A stretch of DNA of 55,396 bases from Victivallaceae bacterium. Its GTDB lineage: Bacteria; Verrucomicrobiota; Lentisphaeria; Victivallales; Victivallaceae. The DNA lies in contig JAZOSO010000129.1 in NCBI GenBank assembly GCA_045657185.1, positions 1-55,396 of the forward strand, in the 5' to 3' direction. A program made the translations under genes and the position numbers. Of this stretch, positions 25,786-32,539 are shown piece by piece. The notes under the pieces were generated by a model, which ran no database searches, had not been told where the DNA came from, and saw only the letters and a list, made by a program, of their open reading frames with translations. Within the stretch, counting starts at the first letter, position 1. Every line of letters begins with the position of its first letter.

Positions 25786-26934
25786 TTATTTTGCTGAAAG
25801 TATATTTTTGAGCCATGCGTAATATACATCGCCCATTTGTCTGTAACCGTCATGATTGGGATGCACTGCATTATTATGACGGGGGACAAGAGTTTTGCTG
25901 TTCATGCTTGCAGGTTCTTTCTTCACCGGGAAATTATTTTCACTGTCAAGTCCGAGGACAAGAGGAATCATGATAATATCAGGATGTTTGGCTGCAAAAT
26001 GTTTCTGCATTTCATTATTCAAATAAAACTGATTTTGAAACCTTAACCATGCAGTACCGCGGCATTTGTTAACTTTACCGAAAGCATCCTGGTCAGCAGC
26101 AGGAGTAATAAAAGCCACACCTATAATTGCATTGGGAATATCTTTTTTGAACGCATTGATAAAAGTATCTGCATCTGCAAGAATTTTCCTGACTTTTTCC
26201 TCACGGTTTTCAGGCACTATATTTGAAATATCATTGACGCCGAGCTGAAATGTAATAACATCAGGTGTAGGCAAATTGTATTTTTTCAGATAATCTGCCG
26301 GACTGATAACGATTTTGCCGTCTTTTTTAAAGAGAAACTTGCTGCTTTTCTTTTCTCCGAAAAGAGTTATAAACCTGTTCCAAGTCCAGCCGGCATACCC
26401 CTCATGTTTGACCTCCGTCGGAAGTTTCTCGCCCCGCGGATTGAAATAACGGGTTCCGACCATGGTCAATTTGGGGTTGCCGGGAGCCTGACAATATTTG
26501 TACAATTGTGCAGAATGAATTGTATAATTTGTCAAACTGTCGCCGATTTGAAGAATGTTGATTTTGCGGTCTTTGCCGGCATCTGCAGGGGCAACACAGA
26601 CCGTTGTTGAGCGTTCAGCGACCAAGCCGTCTTCATCGTAAACTTTGAGAGTCAGCGGAATTTTTTTCCCGCCGTCTTTTTCTGTCGGGACATAACGCCA
26701 GCGTTTAAGGTCGTTTCTGCCTGCCTCGCAATCAACATCAAAAACATAATTGTCATGGTTGATAGTAAGGAAAATATTTTTAAAATAAATGTTACATTCC
26801 ACACCTGGAACGGCATAAATTTTTTCAGGCAGAAACAATCTGTTCTGTTTTTTCAATTTACTGCTGCCGACAGCGGCAGCGGAAAGCAAGCCGCAAATAC
26901 ACAGCATAAAAACTGAAAACAATAATTTTTTCAT
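25786..26934 (-). CDS. secreted Ig-like + SGNH hydrolase paralogue
   Basis: 382 aa with a signal peptide (MKKLLFSVFMLCICGLLSAAA). SGNH blocks: ILQIGDSLTNY, GYAGWTW, QLGVNDIS and NAVHPNHDGYRQMG. It starts 9 nt after the upstream pseudopilin stop. Confidence 0.9.
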   Translation of the reverse strand: MKKLLFSVFMLCICGLLSAAAVGSSKLKKQNRLFLPEKIYAVPGVECNIYFKNIFLTINHDNYVFDVDCEAGRNDLKRWRYVPTEKDGGKKIPLTLKVYDEDGLVAERSTTVCVAPADAGKDRKINILQIGDSLTNYTIHSAQLYKYCQAPGNPKLTMVGTRYFNPRGEKLPTEVKHEGYAGWTWNRFITLFGEKKSSKFLFKKDGKIVISPADYLKKYNLPTPDVITFQLGVNDISNIVPENREEKVRKILADADTFINAFKKDIPNAIIGVAFITPAADQDAFGKVNKCRGTAWLRFQNQFYLNNEMQKHFAAKHPDIIMIPLVLGLDSENNFPVKKEPASMNSKTLVPRHNNAVHPNHDGYRQMGDVYYAWLKNILSAK

Positions 26935-26943
26935 AACAATCTC

Positions 26944-27654
26944 TTACTTATTCCAGTTGATGAAAGCCTGTTCGTCAACATGTTTGTTCCAGTTATTTGA
27001 AGTATTTCCCTCTCTCCAGCCTGTAATATTGCTGGTATCGCCTTTCCACCATTGTACGTGACCGTCAACAGAGAGGACATTTGCTCCGTTGTTATGCGGC
27101 AATTCCATACAATAATTTTCCCCAAGAAGAATAAACGGAGAGGAACCTCCGGGAGAGATTTTTTCAGACATTGACATTGTATCGGACGGACGTTTCAGTT
27201 TGGAAACCTGGCGTGCATATACGAACAACATTTCTTTTGTCTGATCTTTATTTTTACCGCCCGGCATACCATAATTAGTAGTACCGGCAAAAAGGTGTTT
27301 ATTGGCGGCACAGCGGTACGGCTTTCTGTTACCGATATAATAGTAAATTCTGGTAGGCCAACTATGATAATTTTTGCTTGATGTCGCCAAAAATGTCGGA
27401 TCTTCCGGTATCGCAGGTTCAGCCGGATTAAGGTCATCACTTTTTTTTGTATCTCCGTTTGCTCCCGGATAATATTCCTGATTATCAGCGGCATACTGAA
27501 CCAGTCCCAAGTTGAGCTGTTTCAGATTGGAGACACAGGAAGCCTGTCTTGCCTTGTCACGGGCTTTGTTCAATGCAGGCAAAAGCATACCTGCAAGGAT
27601 GGCAATAATAGCGATAACAACGAGCAATTCAATCAATGTGAAAGTCTTTTTCAT
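26944..27654 (-). CDS. prepilin-type N-terminal domain protein of the H-X9-DG family (pseudopilin-like)
   Basis: 236 aa. N-terminus [35 protein letters not shown]; C-terminal [12 protein letters not shown] (H-x9-DG). An AGGAG RBS is present. Confidence 0.9.
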   Translation of the reverse strand: MKKTFTLIELLVVIAIIAILAGMLLPALNKARDKARQASCVSNLKQLNLGLVQYAADNQEYYPGANGDTKKSDDLNPAEPAIPEDPTFLATSSKNYHSWPTRIYYYIGNRKPYRCAANKHLFAGTTNYGMPGGKNKDQTKEMLFVYARQVSKLKRPSDTMSMSEKISPGGSSPFILLGENYCMELPHNNGANVLSVDGHVQWWKGDTSNITGWREGNTSNNWNKHVDEQAFINWNK

Positions 27655-27669
27655 ACCTTTTCTCCTGTT

Positions 27670-28386
27670 TTATTTATTCCAATTACAAAAAGCTTCATTC
27701 TGTAAGCGCATACTGTATTCAGGCTTGCTGCTATTAGGATTCGGCCATCCTTCTGCATCGCCGATTTCGCCCTTCCACCATTTTACATGACCGTCAACGT
27801 AGGAAGCATTTGCCCCGTTATTGTGCGGATGTGCAGTGATATAATAATTTTCACCCATAATGTACCATGAAGAACCGTCAAAATTTTTCTCGGAAAGCAC
27901 CATAGTTTCAGACGGGCGTTTGAGAGTGCGTATTTTTCTCGGCATATAAAAAAGGTCTCCTGCCAGTTTTTTTGATGCATCATAATTTGAACCTGCGACC
28001 ATTCCGTAATTGCATGTTTTTACCTTCAAAAACGGATTTGCATCACATTTGAAAACCTTGATATTGTTAACATAGTACCAGATACGGTCGGGATAACCGG
28101 GAGCCCATTCTTCTTTGCTGGCTTTTTTCAAAAATTCAGGAAATTCGGGAAGCGGAGCTTGCGTTTTTGGCATTCCCATACGCATACCGTCAAGAGCAGG
28201 ATACCAGTCAGCATTATCATCCTGATACATGGTAAGTCCGTTCTGAAGATTTTTCAGATTTGAGGTACATGAAGCCTGTCTGGCTTTGTCACGGGCTTTG
28301 CCCAATGCAGGCAAAAGCATACCTGCAAGAATGGCGATGATGGCGATAACTACAAGCAATTCAATCAGTGTGAAAGCCTTTTTCAT
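27670..28386 (-). CDS. prepilin-type N-terminal domain protein of the H-X9-DG family (pseudopilin-like)
   Basis: 238 aa. N-terminus [35 protein letters not shown]; C-terminal [12 protein letters not shown]. An AAGGAG RBS is present. Confidence 0.9.
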   Translation of the reverse strand: MKKAFTLIELLVVIAIIAILAGMLLPALGKARDKARQASCTSNLKNLQNGLTMYQDDNADWYPALDGMRMGMPKTQAPLPEFPEFLKKASKEEWAPGYPDRIWYYVNNIKVFKCDANPFLKVKTCNYGMVAGSNYDASKKLAGDLFYMPRKIRTLKRPSETMVLSEKNFDGSSWYIMGENYYITAHPHNNGANASYVDGHVKWWKGEIGDAEGWPNPNSSKPEYSMRLQNEAFCNWNK

Positions 28387-28397
28387 ACCTTTTCTCC

Positions 28398-29681
28398 TTA
28401 TTGGTTGAAATCAGGTTTATCTGAGGTTATATCTTTCAAGGCAATATTGTTACAATTTTTAGTTCTGAATGAATACAAATATTTTTCACTGGCTTTTGAC
28501 CAGTCAATGCGGACTTTTTCAAAGCATGAGTCTGCAACCCACTCCAAATGGAATGCTTCGGGGGGAGCATTATTTCTGAAAGCCCGGTAAATTTCTTCTT
28601 CACGCACATCCTCACCGCCGGAATATTCAAAATTTACATTATTGAAATACAAACGCTTGAGCGGATAACCGGGATTTCCCTGAATAAGACTGCCCCAGAC
28701 AGCTTTGCCGCTGATATTGGTAAATTCAATATCATTCATGCGCTGATCTTCAGGTTCAACAGGACCGCTGGTACAGCTTTGCAAAAAGAACGGACGATTA
28801 CATTCCATAATAATATCATGGAATTTGATTTCACTGATATCCGCACCGGTATAATTGCCGTGTCCGTATTTACAGACTGCACAAATCGCAGTTCTGCTCT
28901 CATGGATGACAAGGTTTCCGAATTCAGCACGACGGATAATGCCGGAACCGACACCGACACGGATAGCGTTGCAGCAGGTTTTCAAAATGCAGTTGCTGAC
29001 CACCACATCTTCGCAAACACGGGTCTGGTCCTTGAGTTGTTTCAAGTCTGCACGCAGCGTGATACAGTCATCACCGGTATCAATAATGCAGTCGCTGACC
29101 GTTACACGGCGGCAGCAGTCAATGTCGATTCCGTCACCGTTGCGGGTGCGCCATTCGGTAAAAATTTTCAAACCTCTTGCACTGACATCTTCACAGCCGT
29201 GGAAAAGCAAACTCCAATAAGGTGCATTGACAAGTTCAACATCACGAACTGTAATATGGTCGGATTCAACAAAATAAATCATCTGGGCAGGACGCCATTT
29301 GTCAATTTCATATTTTCCGCTCGGCAGCGGTGTATGCTGGAAAAATTTGCGGCTGCCGTCAATCGTACCGTCACCGGAAATAACAACATGTGTAACTTCA
29401 ACACCGCAAATAAGATGCGCGCCTGAAGCCTCTTCATGCGGACGGGGACGATTCTGAACGCAGAAATCATCTGCATTGTAATCAGCGGGATTGCCGCTTG
29501 CGACAATTTTTGCACCCATTTCCAAATGCAGACCGCCGTAACTTTTCAAATACAGCGTACCTGTAAGATAAGTTCCGGGCGGGAAATTTACAACTCCGCC
29601 GGCATCAATCGCCCGCTGAATAGCAGCGGTATCCATTGTCACGCCGTCACCGACGGCACCGAAATCTTTTACATTTATCAT
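28398..29681 (-). CDS. right-handed beta-helix glycoside hydrolase, GH28-like with an atypical active-site region
   Basis: 427 aa. The N-terminus [29 protein letters not shown] is a pectate_lyase_3-type start. RNGDGIDID and DTGDDCITL correspond to the GH28 NTD and GDD motifs. No signal peptide. The ATG overlaps the upstream stop (ATGA). Confidence 0.75.
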   Translation of the reverse strand: MINVKDFGAVGDGVTMDTAAIQRAIDAGGVVNFPPGTYLTGTLYLKSYGGLHLEMGAKIVASGNPADYNADDFCVQNRPRPHEEASGAHLICGVEVTHVVISGDGTIDGSRKFFQHTPLPSGKYEIDKWRPAQMIYFVESDHITVRDVELVNAPYWSLLFHGCEDVSARGLKIFTEWRTRNGDGIDIDCCRRVTVSDCIIDTGDDCITLRADLKQLKDQTRVCEDVVVSNCILKTCCNAIRVGVGSGIIRRAEFGNLVIHESRTAICAVCKYGHGNYTGADISEIKFHDIIMECNRPFFLQSCTSGPVEPEDQRMNDIEFTNISGKAVWGSLIQGNPGYPLKRLYFNNVNFEYSGGEDVREEEIYRAFRNNAPPEAFHLEWVADSCFEKVRIDWSKASEKYLYSFRTKNCNNIALKDITSDKPDFNQ

Positions 29682-31297
29682 TTATAAAGCTCCTTTAAAC
29701 CTTTTACTGTTGCATCTACAAGTTCCTGACCGCCTTTAGAGCTTACAGGACTCTGATTGAGTGTTGCGGAGTAACCGCGGTTTTTCTCTGCGCGAGCAAT
29801 CGGCAGATAACTGTGTGATTCAGTCATTTTATTTCTGTGTTTAATACCGGAAAGTTCAACGACAAAAGTCTGAACAAACGGACTTCTGCCCTGAATGCGG
29901 TGCATATAATCCATAAACAGCTCAAAAGCATTACTTGCAAATGCGATATCTCCGACACGGACAAGATTGGCTTCAGAAGCAAATTTTCCGCCTTTTTTGT
30001 AATGCTCTGCACGGGCAAGAGTCACTTTTGCGTTGTCGATTGCTTTGGTACGGTTGAAATTGAATTCGCCGCGTTCCATGAGAGTTCCGTCAGTTTTGTA
30101 CGGAACTTTTTTGTATTTTTCAAGAGTTGCCTTTGCTTTCGCCACTATATCAGCGGGAATCGGAGTGGGTGTAAGTTCAAGATTCAGATGCTTATAACGC
30201 AAAACGGCTTCGCTCTGTTTGGATTTTGAAGCCCATTTGAGAGTATCCTCAAAGATATTGACAATGCGTTCAGCCATATCCATGCACTGGGCCTTCTTGT
30301 ATGCAATAACCTTATCCCATCCTTCGGGCATACCTTCGTATGAACATGCTGCAGCGTAATCGTTCAGGATTTTTTCATCATATTTCATAGCGATACGGCG
30401 TTTCTCCGCCTCTTTGTAATGCACCTGGAAAGGTATTGTATCCCCTGCCCCTGAAACCTGCGGCAGAATATAAACTCCGGTATATTTCTTTTTGAAAATT
30501 TCACGGACATCATGCCAGAAATCGCTGGTATATTTTCTCATATGTCCTGAATACATTTGCGAGGTTACGGAAGCATTGATAATGCAGCCGGTCAATTTGT
30601 CATTCATATCGTATGTGAAAAGGAAATTCATGAAATTTTCAGAACCGCTTTCCCAGCCTTGAAATTTATCATCATCGGTTTTGCCGAGGATAACTGCGTG
30701 ACCGGCATGGGGAATTGTACTGCCGTACTGACCTTGGGGCCGTTTGGACAAATCATCAGCATAAACATTGCGGCGGTTGAAAGATGTTGCCCCCAAACCG
30801 TAACCGTAAGCAATTTTACCTTTTTTGCGGCTTGCCCATGCTTTTTTAGCAGAAATTACAACTTTTTCCGCAACAAAATCGCGAATGTCATCGCTATCCA
30901 TCAACCCCAAATCAGCAGGCACACCTTTCATCGGATAGTAAATGTTGATTGAACTGTGAGTATGGGTCGCATTGATAAAAAATCTGTCTGCCGGAAGTTC
31001 GGGAGCAATTTTTTTGGCAAGCTCACGAACTCTGCCGGGAATATCTCTGGGATTGATAATATCGAGAGAAACAAAAATAACTGATTCTTTGCCGTTGTCC
31101 AGCACAAGTGTTGTCGCATAAATCGGGTCAATAATCCCCTTTGACGGACGGAAATAACCGTAACCGGGCATGATACTGTTTTTTCCGGGGTCAATGGATT
31201 CCATTGCCCAGCCGATTTTCAGCGGAGCTTTTTGAGCAAAAGCCGAGATACATGCACCTATAACAGCACATACTAACAAAATTTTGTTTTTTTTCAT
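29678..31297 (-). CDS. secreted protein with a neutral-ceramidase-N-terminal-like domain
   Basis: The preferred start is MKKNKILLVCAVIGACISAFA (ATG at 31297, AAGGGA RBS); the track ORF extends to a TTG at 31339. The pattern GWAMESIDPG..MPGYG....SKGIIDPIYATTLVL...ESVIFVSLD...NATHTHS resembles the ceramidase N-domain (memory-based). Confidence 0.75.
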   Translation of the reverse strand: MKKNKILLVCAVIGACISAFAQKAPLKIGWAMESIDPGKNSIMPGYGYFRPSKGIIDPIYATTLVLDNGKESVIFVSLDIINPRDIPGRVRELAKKIAPELPADRFFINATHTHSSINIYYPMKGVPADLGLMDSDDIRDFVAEKVVISAKKAWASRKKGKIAYGYGLGATSFNRRNVYADDLSKRPQGQYGSTIPHAGHAVILGKTDDDKFQGWESGSENFMNFLFTYDMNDKLTGCIINASVTSQMYSGHMRKYTSDFWHDVREIFKKKYTGVYILPQVSGAGDTIPFQVHYKEAEKRRIAMKYDEKILNDYAAACSYEGMPEGWDKVIAYKKAQCMDMAERIVNIFEDTLKWASKSKQSEAVLRYKHLNLELTPTPIPADIVAKAKATLEKYKKVPYKTDGTLMERGEFNFNRTKAIDNAKVTLARAEHYKKGGKFASEANLVRVGDIAFASNAFELFMDYMHRIQGRSPFVQTFVVELSGIKHRNKMTESHSYLPIARAEKNRGYSATLNQSPVSSKGGQELVDATVKGLKELYK

Positions 31298-31360
31298 TTT
31301 TTCCCTTTTAAAATTTGAAATATTTTCTGACATTATCAAAAAAAAATTGTTATCAATATA

Positions 31361-31389
31361 ATTATAATCTATAAATTCAAATTATGCAA
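31361..31389 (-). promoter_or_regulatory. near-consensus sigma70 promoter for the locus 2 operon
   Basis: On the minus strand: TTGCAT (31384-31389), a 17-nt spacer, then TATAAT (31361-31366). Confidence 0.55.
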
Positions 31390-31399
31390 GTCAAAAAAC

Positions 31400-31449
31400 A
31401 TGGATTTTTGCATCATTATATGTAATTTTGAGTCATTAAATGGATTTTT
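31400..31449. promoter_or_regulatory. direct repeat ATGGATTTTT x2, a candidate AraC operator
   Basis: ATGGATTTTT occurs at 31400-31409 and 31440-31449, exactly 40 nt apart. Further GATTTT(T) copies lie at 31453 and 31463. The repeats are upstream of the minus-strand -35. Confidence 0.3.
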
Positions 31450-31460
31450 AGTGATTTTGC

Positions 31461-31489
31461 TTGATTTTTTCAGACAATTATGCTATACT
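31461..31489 (+). promoter_or_regulatory. sigma70-type promoter (extended -10) for the AraC gene of locus 2
   Basis: TTGATT (31461-31466), a 17-nt spacer, then TGC-TATACT (31481-31489). The same TGCTATACTA decamer occurs at the locus 1 AraC promoter. Confidence 0.45.
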
Positions 31490-31514
31490 AAAACATAATC
31501 AAGGAGCCGATATC

Positions 31515-32345
31515 ATGGACGAAAAAAAATTCCCGAAAAGTTTTGCCTCATTACCGCAAATTCATTATATGGCATTAGCTGATTTTTCCCTGAATTACCG
31601 TGAAGAATGGCACAACTCACATTACAACGATTTGATATACATTATTTCAGGCAGCATGACTATAATTATGCCAGGTGTTGAAGAGTTGGAATACCCCGTC
31701 AATCAGGGCGAAGTTTTTCTGATGCAGAGCAATGTTAAACATAAAGATATTTTCAAGTTGCGCAAAGGGTTGAAAGCACTGGTTATTTCATATCTCTGGG
31801 ATGGTGACAAAGACTATCTGCCGCCGGAAACTCCGTTCCGTAAATTTGCAGCTGATGAACTGCTCGAAGTGCGCTGGATTCTTGAACGTATCCGTGAAAA
31901 CTCTATCGGAACAAAACCGAAATCAGATATTTCTTTTATCCAGCAAAGCCGCCTGCATACAATATTACTGCTGCTGTACAACCTCATGAACGACAATTTC
32001 ATTGAGCGTCAGGACAGAGTATTGACATACAGACCCGAATCTTTGCTTAAAGCTGCGCAATACTATATCCAATGCAATTATGCCACTCCGAAACTCAACC
32101 GCACACAAGTCGCTAATGCACTGTCCGTGAGTGTAGCAACACTCACACGGGCATTTGACCGCTGTTCAGGCTATTCCTTTGTAGAGTATTTGACCAATGT
32201 CAGACTTGAAGCTGCACAAAGAATGCTGCGCAACCGCAGCTGCCGTGTCAGCGAAGCCGCAATCAACTGCGGTTTTACCGATGCCGGCTATTTTACCAGA
32301 GTGTTCAAAAAAGCTTTCGGAGTCTCCCCGATAGACTTTCGCTGA
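31515..32345 (+). CDS. AraC family transcriptional regulator (cupin sensor + HTH)
   Basis: The ATG at 31515 lies 7-8 nt after an AAGGAG RBS; the track ORF starts at an upstream TTG. The C-terminal AraC HTH reads VANALSVSVATLTRAFDRCSGYSFVEYLTNVRLEAAQRML ... GFTDAGYFTRVFKKAFGVSP. Confidence 0.9.
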   Translation: MDEKKFPKSFASLPQIHYMALADFSLNYREEWHNSHYNDLIYIISGSMTIIMPGVEELEYPVNQGEVFLMQSNVKHKDIFKLRKGLKALVISYLWDGDKDYLPPETPFRKFAADELLEVRWILERIRENSIGTKPKSDISFIQQSRLHTILLLLYNLMNDNFIERQDRVLTYRPESLLKAAQYYIQCNYATPKLNRTQVANALSVSVATLTRAFDRCSGYSFVEYLTNVRLEAAQRMLRNRSCRVSEAAINCGFTDAGYFTRVFKKAFGVSPIDFR

Positions 32346-32539
32346 CCTGTAAAATTTACATCATCAAAAAACAGCTTTCGCAGCCAAAAGTGCCTTAAAA
32401 CGCAAAAAAACGGCATTTTGTATTTTTTTTACCGTTTTTTTTGTGATAAATCATTTTTTTAACTTGTTTATTCGTTTTTTTGTGTTATTGTATGGATATA
32501 AACAACGTTATTGCATAAAATGAAAAGGAAAAATTTTTT

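Noticed and set aside
27550-27654. An about 100-nt segment repeated at 12830-12930, 27550-27654 and 28280-28386, considered as a possible repeat or mobile element.
   Set aside because: The segments are the 5' coding regions of the three pseudopilin genes (conserved leader plus hydrophobic helix). The similarity is explained by protein-level conservation.
28548-29426. A 292-aa ORF on the plus strand, antisense to the GH28-like gene.
   Set aside because: It lies entirely inside a well-supported minus-strand CDS. It has no RBS and its translation is low-complexity (runs of T/A/N/F). It is a typical shadow ORF.
32396-32442. A..ACGG / CCGT..T pairing after the locus 2 AraC gene, considered as a possible terminator.
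   Set aside because: The stem is almost entirely A-U with an 18-nt loop. It is too weak to call, although the T-runs may still cause termination.
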